A DNA stretch of 59,437 nt from Minisyncoccia bacterium (lineage in GTDB: Bacteria; Patescibacteriota; Minisyncoccia; Phycocordibacterales; Phycocordibacteraceae), in NCBI GenBank assembly GCA_038207395.1, contig JBBQZW010000002.1, positions 135,752 to 195,188 of the forward strand, read 5' to 3'. Made by a program: the position numbers and the translations under genes. This document shows positions 1-8,641 of the stretch, piece after piece (the stretch's first letter is position 1; the number at the start of each line of letters is the position of its first letter). A model generated the notes under the pieces. It was not told where the DNA came from. It saw only the letters and a program-made list of their open reading frames with translations, and searched no databases.

Positions 1-920
1 ACTCCGGTATTTACGATGTCAGGAAGTGAAAGTCGCCAGTCATACGCTACGGCTTTCCAGCGCCACCCATCTCCTGAATCGGGTTTTGCTGCATACGCGC
101 CCATTCTTTCAGAAAATGCATCGTAAAAATGTTGTCCGTACGCATGCGCCAAGATATCGCCTTCTTTCACATACACATTCCGTATGCTCTTTCCGTTAGT
201 ATCCATAAATAATCCTGGGGCAGAGAGATCAGAGATTGGAAGCCAAAGGGGGATTTCACAGTTCTCTCCCGGTACGAGACAGAGCGGATTTTCTTCATAA
301 AGTCGGCTACCTTTGATCCCTGGAAGAAACAGGACGCTCGAAAGTTCGGTAGATGGGTTCCCAATGCCTGGCTCAGTTATTGTTCCGGTTCCTGCCCCGG
401 GCGCTATAGGGTCACATGCCTTTGCACTGGCACATATAGCGAACGCGGGAATTCCGTGGCTGTCAGCAAGAGCAGTTGATGTTCCGGTATTACTGAGTGC
501 TCCCCAGAGCCAATCATCACCACGTGCTGGATTCACATGATATTCCTGCATACATCCACCTGCAGACGTGCTCCATGCTCTACTAAATCCTTGCATGGGT
601 CCAAGAATGTCATATCCCCAATACGCATTCGCTCGGAATGAGTTAATTGCATAGTTTGTGCTCGGGCACCCAGGAAGTCCTTTAAAGAACACGACGGCAA
701 AATAATCTCCCTTGGGAATTGAATTAATAAGAGTGTGGGGTATCCCGACTCCCTCCGGGATGATGCCTGCTTCATAATTTGGAGCAGATACGGTTGACCC
801 GCCGACGGCGTGATTTATAAGCACCTCACTCTGAGTGCTCGTTCCTGCCGCCGCTACACTGCTAATGCTCCCGCCCAAGAATATGGCTATAATACCAAGG
901 ATATATATGTATTTTTTCAT
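1..920 (-). CDS. secreted protein, N-terminal part only (gene runs off the window start): signal peptide, Cys-containing N-terminal region, then the start of an LCAT/PDAT-like alpha/beta-hydrolase (lipase/acyltransferase) domain
   Basis: Absent from the ORF track because there is no in-window stop. Hand translation of the minus strand from ATG 920-918 stays open to base 1: MKKYIYILGIIAIFLGGSISSVAAAGTSTQSE...SSVLFLPGIKGSRLYEENPL...GDGWRWKAVAYDWRLSLPDIVNTG. The N-terminus is hydrophobic and signal-like. YDWRLS is the hallmark motif of the LCAT family. Confidence 0.6.
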   Translation of the reverse strand, partial: MKKYIYILGIIAIFLGGSISSVAAAGTSTQSEVLINHAVGGSTVSAPNYEAGIIPEGVGIPHTLINSIPKGDYFAVVFFKGLPGCPSTNYAINSFRANAYWGYDILGPMQGFSRAWSTSAGGCMQEYHVNPARGDDWLWGALSNTGTSTALADSHGIPAFAICASAKACDPIAPGAGTGTITEPGIGNPSTELSSVLFLPGIKGSRLYEENPLCLVPGENCEIPLWLPISDLSAPGLFMDTNGKSIRNVYVKEGDILAHAYGQHFYDAFSERMGAYAAKPDSGDGWRWKAVAYDWRLSLPDIVNTG

Positions 921-1002
921 TTCTGTAGCGTAACGATTCGGGCATAAGGAGAAATTAAGAGAGTAATAAGGTATTACTGAGCTTTCTCTGGAGGCCTACT
1001 AT

Positions 1003-1031
1003 TTGCATTAAATCCCCGTATCTTATATAGT
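1003..1031 (+). promoter_or_regulatory. candidate sigma70-type promoter for rpsL-rpsG
   Basis: TTGCAT (1003-1008), 17-nt spacer, TATAGT (1026-1031), about 35 nt upstream of the rpsL ATG. Confidence 0.35.
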
Positions 1032-1065
1032 CTTCCTACCTCCCTTGGGGGAGTTTTCATTTGTA

Positions 1066-1479
1066 ATGTCTACAATCAATCAGCTCACAAAGAAGTCTCG
1101 TAGCAAAACCGCGGCCAAATCAAAGGTCCCGGCTCTTGGTCGTGGCTTCAATGCACTTAAGAACCGCCCTACGTTCTACGCGGCTCCCTTTAAGCGCGGC
1201 GTGTGTACGAAAGTGACTACGAAAACTCCTCGCAAGCCTAACTCAGCTATTCGTAAGATCGCCCGCGTTCGTCTCACGAACGGAATGGAAGTAACGGCGT
1301 ACATTCCTGGTGAAGGTCACAACCTCCAGGAACACTCAGTGGTAACCCTTCGTGGCGGTCGTGTTAAGGATATTGGTGTTCAGTACACGGTTGTTCGTGG
1401 TCGTCTTGATACGGCTGGTATCGACAAGCGTCGCCGTGGTCGCTCTAAGTACGGAGCTAAGCGCCCTAAGACCTCATAG
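1066..1479 (+). CDS. rpsL: 30S ribosomal protein uS12
   Basis: [10 protein letters not shown]...[11 protein letters not shown]...[11 protein letters not shown] 1066 is preferred over the track's TTG 1045 because uS12 proteins start M-x-T-I-N-Q-L. rpsG follows. Confidence 0.97.
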   Translation: MSTINQLTKKSRSKTAAKSKVPALGRGFNALKNRPTFYAAPFKRGVCTKVTTKTPRKPNSAIRKIARVRLTNGMEVTAYIPGEGHNLQEHSVVTLRGGRVKDIGVQYTVVRGRLDTAGIDKRRRGRSKYGAKRPKTS

Positions 1480-1497
1480 TTTTTAAATAATTTCACC

Positions 1498-1965
1498 ATG
1501 CGTCATCCTCTTAAAAACAAGCATCCTCGTCGCCCCGACTCTAAGTACAACTCAGAGTCAGTTTCACGATTCATTAACACCGTTATGTGGGACGGTAAGA
1601 AAGATACTGCTCGTACTATTGTGTACGATGCAATGGATATTCTCGCTAAAGGAGGTGAAGTAGATGCTCTCGAGACTTTCGAGACGGCAATCCGCAATGT
1701 TTCTCCTCTTATGGAAGTTCGCTCACGCCGTGTCGGTGGTGCTAACTACCAGGTGCCTCGCGAAGTTCCTCAGCAGCGCCGTGTATCTCTTGCATACCGA
1801 TGGCTCATCAACGCAGCTCGTGCAAAGAAAGGAAAGCCAATGGCTCAGAAACTTGCTGATGAGATCACTCTCGCGGTGAACAACGAAGGTTCAGCAATCA
1901 AGAAGAAAGACGACATGCACCGAATGGCAGACGCAAACAAGGCATTCGCTCATTTCGCTTGGTAA
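1498..1965 (+). CDS. rpsG: 30S ribosomal protein uS7
   Basis: 155 aa, ...SPLMEVRSRRVGGANYQVP...AFAHFAW, directly after rpsL. Confidence 0.97.
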   Translation: MRHPLKNKHPRRPDSKYNSESVSRFINTVMWDGKKDTARTIVYDAMDILAKGGEVDALETFETAIRNVSPLMEVRSRRVGGANYQVPREVPQQRRVSLAYRWLINAARAKKGKPMAQKLADEITLAVNNEGSAIKKKDDMHRMADANKAFAHFAW

Positions 1966-1980
1966 TGTAAAAAATGTGCT

Positions 1981-2012
1981 AAGAAAGCCGCCCTCTGGGC
2001 GGCTTTCTTTTT
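1981..2012 (+). terminator. intrinsic terminator after rpsG
   Basis: AAGAAAGCCGCCC-tct-GGGCGGCTTTCTT, a 13-bp stem followed by a T run. Confidence 0.75.
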
Positions 2013-2071
2013 ACCATATGCACATCCGTCGTATACTCTAAAGACACATTAACGTAATTAACGATTTGTAT

Positions 2072-2344
2072 ATGGAAGCAGAAATGAAACACGAAACTCA
2101 CGGAGCAAAGCACCACAAGCATGATCATGGTACAAGCTACTGGGCTAGCTGGTGTTCACCAGTAGGTCTTGGAATCTTTGCTATGACAAGCGCTATTGCT
2201 CTTGCTGTGACTCTCTATGCCGTACTTAATATCATTGGTGTAGTAATCAGTCTTTCACAGCAACAGCAGTCATACAGCGCGCAGGAAATGCAGCAGGGAG
2301 CTATGACTGCGCCTGGATCAGGGGATGTAATGATGCATCAGTAG
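2072..2344 (+). CDS. small membrane protein with a His-rich N-terminus and Gln-rich tail (hypothetical)
   Basis: MEAEMKHETHGAKHHKHDHG..., then a hydrophobic stretch VGLGIFAMTSAIALAVTLYAVLNIIGVVISL, then QQQQSYSAQEMQQ. Flanked by terminators. Start is ambiguous (2072 or 2084). Confidence 0.5.
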   Translation: MEAEMKHETHGAKHHKHDHGTSYWASWCSPVGLGIFAMTSAIALAVTLYAVLNIIGVVISLSQQQQSYSAQEMQQGAMTAPGSGDVMMHQ

Positions 2345-2354
2345 TTAGTGTAAA

Positions 2355-2404
2355 CGCACAACAAAGAAAGCCGCAGAAATGCGGCTTTCTTTGTTGTGCG
2401 TTTA
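2355..2404 (+). terminator. intrinsic terminator (20-bp perfect stem)
   Basis: CGCACAACAAAGAAAGCCGC-agaaat-GCGGCTTTCTTTGTTGTGCG followed by TTT. Confidence 0.75.
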
Positions 2405-2474
2405 GGTGTAGGCTCCCGAAGGAGCGTGCACGAGTTAGTGCACCGATCGCACCACTACATAAAAGGAGGACTAT

Positions 2475-3314
2475 ATGTCTCGAGTATCAAATATTGCTGA
2501 AGTAATTGTTCCGGCAACAAAATTCTTTGCCGAATCTTCAGACACTTCATCAATCGAAACTGAACAGTTGTTTGGGGAGCGGATGGAGATTCTTGGCGAA
2601 TGCGGTGAATTCTTCAACGTAACGTCTGAACGATATCTTCGACCTGGCTATGTTCGGAAGAAAGATGTAAAGCGTTACGAACTTCATCGTCGCTCGGTTG
2701 GAGCTACCCACCGCGTGTCTGCGGTTCGGGCAAACGTGTACCAATGTGCAGACTTTAAGTGTCCGAAACCATACGACACTTTTCTCACCATGAATGCACT
2801 TGCCCGAGTAACGGCATACGACCGGACTCCCGAAGGTGAAATGGCATTCATTGAGGGTATGGGTTGGGTCTTTCAAGACCAACTACACTGCCTCGATGAA
2901 TCCTATACAGATTACGTTTCGGTGGCGCTTATGTATGTAGGTGGTCCTGCCACCTACACCTGGGGAAGCTTGGTTTTCCCTGACTGTTCAGGGTTACTCC
3001 AACAAGCACTTTGGGCATGCGGCATTGATTGCCCACGAAATGTGAGTGAACAGATAGCGATGCTTGGAGTAGATATCGACATGGATCAGTCTGGATTCAC
3101 ATACAAGCGTGGTGATTTCGTCTTCATGTTCGATCCCGAACGGTCCATCCGTCATGTTGTTATCATGATTGACGAACGTAATTGCGTTCATTCAACTATT
3201 GCCGCACCGTATCGAGGCGTTGTTGTTCAGCCGCTCAGGGACGTAATTGCCTACCAATTTAAGGGTGAGCTAAGTGTCCCGTCGGCGGTACGTCGATTTC
3301 CGTTACGGAATTGA
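2475..3314 (+). CDS. NlpC/P60 (C40) family peptidase, no signal peptide
   Basis: FPDCSGLLQQALWACG (catalytic Cys context) ...GDFVFMFDPERSIRHVVIM (His). Strong SD AAGGAGG at 2463-2469, 5 nt before the ATG. Confidence 0.8.
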   Translation: MSRVSNIAEVIVPATKFFAESSDTSSIETEQLFGERMEILGECGEFFNVTSERYLRPGYVRKKDVKRYELHRRSVGATHRVSAVRANVYQCADFKCPKPYDTFLTMNALARVTAYDRTPEGEMAFIEGMGWVFQDQLHCLDESYTDYVSVALMYVGGPATYTWGSLVFPDCSGLLQQALWACGIDCPRNVSEQIAMLGVDIDMDQSGFTYKRGDFVFMFDPERSIRHVVIMIDERNCVHSTIAAPYRGVVVQPLRDVIAYQFKGELSVPSAVRRFPLRN

Positions 3315-3323
3315 AAAACTATG

Positions 3324-3354
3324 ACCCGGTCGCATATGCGCGACCGGGTTTTTC
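3324..3354 (+). terminator. intrinsic terminator
   Basis: ACCCGGTCGC-atatgc-GCGACCGGGT followed by TTTTT. Confidence 0.75.
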
Positions 3355-3393
3355 TATAAAATACTTCATGCCGTACTATATAAAGAACAAAGT

Positions 3394-3945
3394 ATGCAAA
3401 TACCTATCGTAGACAGCGTGTACTTTTCGCTTGAAGAAGCGCTTGAAGGCAGCTCTGCTCCCAGCGAAATACGGAAACAATTAAAGCTTATTTCTGTTTC
3501 ATACATTTCATTTGACGGACGTATCCATGCAGGACAGATGGTTATTCATACTGATCTTGCCCGAGAAGTGGAAGAATTGTTTGAAAGATTGCTCGAAGAA
3601 TCGTTTCCGATCGAAAAAGTGATTCCGGTAGGTAATTACGGCTGGGATGACGAAGCTTCAATGCGAGATAACAACACCTCCGCCTTTAACTACCGCCATA
3701 TCATTGGAACGGATGTACTCTCAAATCACTCACATGGTCGTGCGATAGACATAAATCCAATGCAGAATCCGTATTTTGCTCGTAATGGCCTGGTGTACCC
3801 AGAAGGAGCTTCATATAAGCCGTTAATTCCAGGAACCTTGGTGAAAGATGGATACGTTGTCTCATATTTCAAGCATAAAGGATGGGCTTGGCTTGGTGAG
3901 CGAGCAGAAAACACCGATTACCAGCATTTTCAGAAGCTAAGTTGA
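3394..3945 (+). CDS. M15 family (LAS-type) zinc D,D- or L,D-peptidase, no signal peptide
   Basis: SNHSHGRAIDINP (SxHxxGxAxD motif) and a C-terminal DYQHF, 183 aa. Confidence 0.75.
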   Translation: MQIPIVDSVYFSLEEALEGSSAPSEIRKQLKLISVSYISFDGRIHAGQMVIHTDLAREVEELFERLLEESFPIEKVIPVGNYGWDDEASMRDNNTSAFNYRHIIGTDVLSNHSHGRAIDINPMQNPYFARNGLVYPEGASYKPLIPGTLVKDGYVVSYFKHKGWAWLGERAENTDYQHFQKLS

Positions 3946-3971
3946 TTGAGTACGGTTTACTCAAGACGTTC

Positions 3972-4000
3972 TTGCTATTTATGCCCCAAAAAAGTATTGT
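3972..4000 (+). promoter_or_regulatory. candidate promoter for fusA
   Basis: TTGCTA, 17-nt spacer, TATTGT, 50 nt upstream of the fusA ATG. Confidence 0.3.
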
Positions 4001-4050
4001 ATATCTAACGCATTGGCGGGCTTTTTACTTTATTTCCTTCTTATTTATCT

Positions 4051-6198
4051 ATGAATCGCGACTATCCTCTCGAAAAAGTGCGTAACTTCGGCATCATTGC
4101 CCACGTGGACGCTGGTAAGACGACAACGTCTGAGCGTGTGCTTTTCTATACCGGTTCCCAGCATAAGATTGGGGAAGTGCATGATGGGGGAACCACCACT
4201 GACTGGATGGAGCAGGAGCGTGAGCGCGGTATCACCATTACCTCAGCCGCTATTACCTGTTTCTGGACCCGTACAAATGAGAAGGATAAGAAGGATGTTT
4301 CTAAGAAGTACCGCTTCAACGTCATCGACACTCCAGGACACATCGACTTCACGGCAGAAGTGAAGCGTTCAATGCGCGTGCTCGACGGTGCTATCGTCGT
4401 GTTCGACGGTGTTGCCGGAGTAGAGCCACAGTCTGAGACTAACTGGCGCTACGCTGACGAAGCTGGAGTGCCTCGTGTTTGTTTCATTAATAAGCTTGAC
4501 CGCACCGGAGCAGACTTCGAGCGTTCATACGCAACAATCCTCGACCGCCTTTCAAAGAAAGCGATTCGCGCACAGATCCCTATGGGAGCTGAAGGTGATT
4601 TCGAAGGTGTTATTGATCTTCTTTCTCGCACCGCATACACCTTTACCGGAAACATGGGTGAGGATGTTATCCCCGGAGAAATCCCAGAGCAGTACAAAGA
4701 AGAGGTGGAGAAGTATCGTGCAGAACTCGTAGAACGTATCGTTGAGAACGACGATGCTCAGATGGCTGCCTTCTTCGAAGGAAATGAACCAACGCTTGAA
4801 GAGTTGAAAGTTACGCTTCGTAAGGCAATCCTCGCAAACCAGATCTTCCCGGTATATGCAGGATCTGCACTTAAGAACAAAGGTGTGCAGCTCGTACTCG
4901 ATGCAGTTATTGACTACCTTCCAAGCCCGCTCGATCTCCCTCCAGTAAAGGGAATTAACCCAAAGACCGATGAAGAGGTAACTCGTAAGCCAGACGACAG
5001 TGAACCATTCACGTCCCTCGCCTTCAAGCTTCAGACTGACCCGTTCGTGGGAGCCCTTACGTTCTTCCGCGTGTATTCAGGAACGGTATCTGCCGGTTCA
5101 TATATTTACAACGCAAACACAGGAACGAAGGAACGTATTGGCCGTATCGTTCGTCTTCAGGCTGATAAACGTGAAGAAGTGGAGAAAGTATTCACGGGAG
5201 AAATTGCTGCATTCGTTGGACTTAAGGACACAAAGACGTCACACACCCTTTGCGATGAAGCAAATCCAATAATCCTCGAGCAGATTGTCTTCCCTGAGCC
5301 TGTGGTTTCACTTCGTATTGAACCAAAGACTAAGGCTGACCAGGAGAAGATGGGTCTTGCGCTCAAGAAGCTTTCTGATGAGGACCCTACGTTCCGCATT
5401 AGTTCTGACGAAGAGACTGCAGAAACGATCATTGCAGGTATGGGTGAACTTCACCTTGAAATTCTTGTTGACCGAATGCAGCGCGAGTTTAATGTTGGCG
5501 CAAACGTTGGTAAGCCGCAGGTGGCGTACCGTGAGACCGTTATGGGAACAGCTGATGTGGACAACAAGTACATTAAGCAGACCGGAGGTAAGGGACAGTA
5601 TGGTCACGTTAAAATAAAACTCAAACACCTTGAGGCAGTTGATCCTGAAGCAAAGGTTCTTAAGAACGTTAAGCGCGAAGATCACTTCGAATTCATAAAC
5701 AACATTAAGGGAGGAGTTATCCCACAGGAATACATTCCTGCAGTTGAAAAGGGAATTCGTGAGTCACTTCACCGCGGAGTTCTTGCCGGATACCCAATCG
5801 TTGACGTATCCGTTGAGCTCTATGATGGTTCGTACCATGATGTGGACTCCTCAGAAATTGCGTTCAAGATTGCTGCATCTCAGGCCTTTATGGAAGCTGC
5901 GCTTAAGGCAAAGCCCGTTATCCTCGAACCGATCATGCGTGTTGAGGTAGTGGTACCTGAGCAGTTCATGGGAGACATTACCGGTTCTATTTCAGGAAAA
6001 CGTGGCTCTATCGAAGGAATGGAAGAGCGTGGAATGAACAAGGTTATTAATTCCAAAGTTCCGCTTTCTGAAATGTTCGGCTACACCACAACTCTCCGTT
6101 CTATGACTGAAGGACGTGGTTCTATGACCATGGAATTCGATCACTACGAAGTGGTACCTTCAAACGTTGCGCAGGATATTATTGCGAGCCGTAAATAA
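4051..6198 (+). CDS. fusA: elongation factor G
   Basis: 715 aa, NFGIIAHVDAGKTTTSERVLFYTG...DTPGHIDF...NKLDR. Confidence 0.98.
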   Translation: MNRDYPLEKVRNFGIIAHVDAGKTTTSERVLFYTGSQHKIGEVHDGGTTTDWMEQERERGITITSAAITCFWTRTNEKDKKDVSKKYRFNVIDTPGHIDFTAEVKRSMRVLDGAIVVFDGVAGVEPQSETNWRYADEAGVPRVCFINKLDRTGADFERSYATILDRLSKKAIRAQIPMGAEGDFEGVIDLLSRTAYTFTGNMGEDVIPGEIPEQYKEEVEKYRAELVERIVENDDAQMAAFFEGNEPTLEELKVTLRKAILANQIFPVYAGSALKNKGVQLVLDAVIDYLPSPLDLPPVKGINPKTDEEVTRKPDDSEPFTSLAFKLQTDPFVGALTFFRVYSGTVSAGSYIYNANTGTKERIGRIVRLQADKREEVEKVFTGEIAAFVGLKDTKTSHTLCDEANPIILEQIVFPEPVVSLRIEPKTKADQEKMGLALKKLSDEDPTFRISSDEETAETIIAGMGELHLEILVDRMQREFNVGANVGKPQVAYRETVMGTADVDNKYIKQTGGKGQYGHVKIKLKHLEAVDPEAKVLKNVKREDHFEFINNIKGGVIPQEYIPAVEKGIRESLHRGVLAGYPIVDVSVELYDGSYHDVDSSEIAFKIAASQAFMEAALKAKPVILEPIMRVEVVVPEQFMGDITGSISGKRGSIEGMEERGMNKVINSKVPLSEMFGYTTTLRSMTEGRGSMTMEFDHYEVVPSNVAQDIIASRK

Positions 6199-6215
6199 GT
6201 TCCTTCAAAGAAGAT

Positions 6216-6244
6216 GAAAAAGCCGCCCTGGGGGCGGCTTTTTC
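6216..6244 (+). terminator. intrinsic terminator after fusA
   Basis: GAAAAAGCCGCCC-tgg-GGGCGGCTTTTTC. Confidence 0.8.
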
Positions 6245-6303
6245 ATTGACTATTATCCGTTTGTAGTGGTATAATATAATTCGAACAACGAAAGGGTTCT
6301 TTA

Positions 6304-6609
6304 ATGACATTCAAATTCAGCGACGAATTCATTCAGGATGTTCAGAATGAATATGGCAAGGATTTTGCGCAATATTTGAACAAAGCCCTCATTCGAGGTG
6401 ATGCGGTTGGATATAATTTCATTCGGACGTTCCTGGACGCGCCAAGGACGCCGCCGGCATGGGAAGTTTTGCTTGATACACCAGCTATCGACATAAAAGT
6501 CGAAGGGGCACGCAAACTCCGCCGACAAGCGCTCCACACACGCTGTCTCCAGGAATGGAGTATCTACAATACAGAGCGGATTCGCGAGGATAGTGTCGTC
6601 AAAGACTAA
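6304..6609 (+). CDS. hypothetical protein (101 aa) inserted between fusA and tuf
   Basis: The plus-strand frame is protein-like (MTFKFSDEFIQDVQNEYGKDFAQYLNKALIRGD...). It is bracketed by terminators on the plus strand. The overlapping minus-strand ORF (6301-6618) is rejected. Confidence 0.5.
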   Translation: MTFKFSDEFIQDVQNEYGKDFAQYLNKALIRGDAVGYNFIRTFLDAPRTPPAWEVLLDTPAIDIKVEGARKLRRQALHTRCLQEWSIYNTERIREDSVVKD

Positions 6610-6626
6610 TCCTCTCAATCGTTACT

Positions 6627-6658
6627 AAAGGCTCGCTACGGCGAGCCTTTTTCTTTTC
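6627..6658 (+). terminator. intrinsic terminator
   Basis: AAAGGCTCGC-tacg-GCGAGCCTTT followed by TTCTTTTC. Confidence 0.75.
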
Positions 6659-6687
6659 TTGACGTATCCCTTCTACCCAGGTACTTT
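6659..6687 (+). promoter_or_regulatory. candidate promoter for a long tuf leader
   Basis: TTGACG, 17-nt spacer, TACTTT. The -10 element is weak. Confidence 0.25.
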
Positions 6688-6753
6688 TATAGATAACGCG
6701 AGAACGGCGCTCTTTTTCAATCTAACTTCGGTCACAAGACCGGAGAGAGGGTA

Positions 6754-6792
6754 AAAAGACGCTGCGCGGGTATTACCGTTTCAGCGTCTTTT
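6754..6792 (+). promoter_or_regulatory. terminator-like hairpin inside the tuf 5' leader
   Basis: AAAAGACGCTG, 17-nt loop, CAGCGTCTTTT (11-bp stem), 62 nt upstream of the tuf ATG. Confidence 0.3.
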
Positions 6793-6854
6793 GCTTTATA
6801 AGCTCAAGCGCATTCGGACAATTATTCTTATATACAAGTTAACTTACTAAACGT

Positions 6855-8060
6855 ATGGCAGCAGAAGCATTCGACCGCAGCAAGCCGCACATGAACGTAG
6901 GTACTATCGGTCACGTTGACCATGGTAAGACCACGCTCACGGCTGCTATCCTCAATGTTCTCAACCTCAACGCCGGAGCTGGCTATAAGGCCCGTGCAGA
7001 GAACGTTGAAAACATCGACAACGCGCCTGAAGAAAAGGCTCGTGGTATTACTATTTCTCTTCACCACTCTGAGTACGAGAGCCCAATGCGTCACTACGCT
7101 CACATTGATGCTCCAGGTCACGCCGACTACATCAAGAACATGATTACGGGAGCCGCACAGATGGACGGCGCCGTACTCGTGGTTGCAGCTACTGACGGCG
7201 CAATGCCTCAGACGCGTGAACACATCCTTCTTGCAAAGCAGGTTGGTGTGCCAAAGATGATCGTCTTCCTTAACAAGGTGGACATGGTTGATGACAAAGA
7301 CATGGTGGACCTCGTTGAAGAGGAAATCCGTGATCTTCTAACGAAGCAGGGATTTGATGGCGCAACTACGCCGGTTATCAAGGGGTCAGGACTTAAGGGT
7401 CTTCAAGCTACGGACGCAAATGACGAGTACGCACTTAAGGTGAAGGAGCTCGTGGACACTATGGACACGTACTTCGAACAGCCACAGCGCGACCTCGACA
7501 AGCCGTTCCTTATGCCTATCGAGGACATCTTCTCAATCGAAGGACGCGGAACCGTTATTACGGGACGTATCGAGCGCGGAATCATCAAGGTTGGTGAGGA
7601 AGTTGAAATCGTTGGTCTCCAGCCTACGGCAAAGACGACCGTTACCGGTATTGAAATGTTCAACAAGCAGCTTCAGGAGGGACTTGCTGGCGACAACGCA
7701 GGTATTCTTCTTCGTGGTACGAAGAAAGATGATGTACATCGTGGTCAGGTTCTTGCGAAGACTGGCTCAGTAACTCCACACACGGAGTTCGAGGCTGAAG
7801 TCTACATTCTTTCTAAGGATGAAGGAGGACGCCACACGCCATTCTTCACTGGTTACAAGCCTCAGTTCTATGTCCGCACCACGGACGTTACCGGAGAGGT
7901 AACGCTTCCTGCAGACAAGGAAATGGTTATGCCAGGAGACACCGTAACCTTCAAAGTGAAGCTTACGGCACCTATCGCACTTGAGGACAATACCCGCTTC
8001 TCAGTTCGTGAAGGTGGTCGCACCGTTGGTGCTGGCGTTGTAACGAAAATCGTCGCCTAA
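6855..8060 (+). CDS. tuf: elongation factor Tu
   Basis: 401 aa, [19 protein letters not shown]...DAPGHADY...NKVDMV. Confidence 0.98.
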   Translation: MAAEAFDRSKPHMNVGTIGHVDHGKTTLTAAILNVLNLNAGAGYKARAENVENIDNAPEEKARGITISLHHSEYESPMRHYAHIDAPGHADYIKNMITGAAQMDGAVLVVAATDGAMPQTREHILLAKQVGVPKMIVFLNKVDMVDDKDMVDLVEEEIRDLLTKQGFDGATTPVIKGSGLKGLQATDANDEYALKVKELVDTMDTYFEQPQRDLDKPFLMPIEDIFSIEGRGTVITGRIERGIIKVGEEVEIVGLQPTAKTTVTGIEMFNKQLQEGLAGDNAGILLRGTKKDDVHRGQVLAKTGSVTPHTEFEAEVYILSKDEGGRHTPFFTGYKPQFYVRTTDVTGEVTLPADKEMVMPGDTVTFKVKLTAPIALEDNTRFSVREGGRTVGAGVVTKIVA

Positions 8061-8082
8061 TACCCGCGATTAATTACCTCGT

Positions 8083-8448
8083 ATGGCTACCACAACCCCC
8101 GCAAAGAAAGCACCCGCAAAGAAGGCGGCGGCTGAAGCTGCAGAGCCAAAGCTCCGCATCCGCGTGCGTGCCTACGAGCACAAGATCCTTGACCTCTCGG
8201 TTAAGCAAATCATGGACACGGCTAATCGTTTCGACGCGAAAATCGTCGGACCGGTACCGCTTCCAACAGAGATAAAGCGCTGGACCGTTAACCGCTCAAC
8301 GTTCGTCCACAAAGACGCACGTGAGCAGTTCGAAATGCGTATTCATAAGCGTCTTATCGACATCCTTTCCCCAAATCCGAAAGTTATCGAAGCACTTACG
8401 AATCTCAACCTTCCGTCTGGTGTTACCATCGACGTGAAGATGGTGTAA
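8083..8448 (+). CDS. rpsJ: 30S ribosomal protein uS10 with an Ala/Lys-rich N-terminal extension
   Basis: 121 aa. KLRIRVRAYEHKILD...GPVPLPT... follows MATTTPAKKAPAKKAAAEAAEP. Confidence 0.96.
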   Translation: MATTTPAKKAPAKKAAAEAAEPKLRIRVRAYEHKILDLSVKQIMDTANRFDAKIVGPVPLPTEIKRWTVNRSTFVHKDAREQFEMRIHKRLIDILSPNPKVIEALTNLNLPSGVTIDVKMV

Positions 8449-8475
8449 GTCACGGGAAACCAACACTTAACCAAA

Positions 8476-8507
8476 GAAAAACCGGTCTCCTAGGAGACCG
8501 GTTTTTC
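8476..8507 (+). terminator. intrinsic terminator between rpsJ and rplC
   Basis: AAAAACCGGTCTCC-ta-GGAGACCGGTTTTT. Confidence 0.7.
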
Positions 8508-8514
8508 TGTATAC

Positions 8515-8543
8515 TTGCACTCGTAAACCATCTCGTGTACAGT
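8515..8543 (+). promoter_or_regulatory. candidate promoter for the rplC-rplB unit
   Basis: TTGCAC, 17-nt spacer, TACAGT. Confidence 0.35.
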
Positions 8544-8606
8544 GCATGAAACGCTACGTACGGCTCACGGCCGGACCAATGGCCCGGAAAGAGCACAGCT
8601 CTTCAC

Positions 8607-8635
8607 CGCGCTGTTGTCAGCGCGTTTTATTTTTG
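8607..8635 (+). promoter_or_regulatory. terminator-like leader hairpin abutting the rplC start (candidate attenuator)
   Basis: CGCGCTG-ttgt-CAGCGCG followed by TTTTATTTTT. It ends 6 nt before the rplC ATG at 8642. Confidence 0.35.
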
Positions 8636-8641
8636 TAAAAC

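Noticed and set aside
6301-6618. 105-aa minus-strand ORF that mirrors the 101-aa plus-strand ORF.
   Set aside because: The flanking terminators and the start context fit the plus strand. The minus-strand product is Cys/Arg/Phe-rich and not protein-like.
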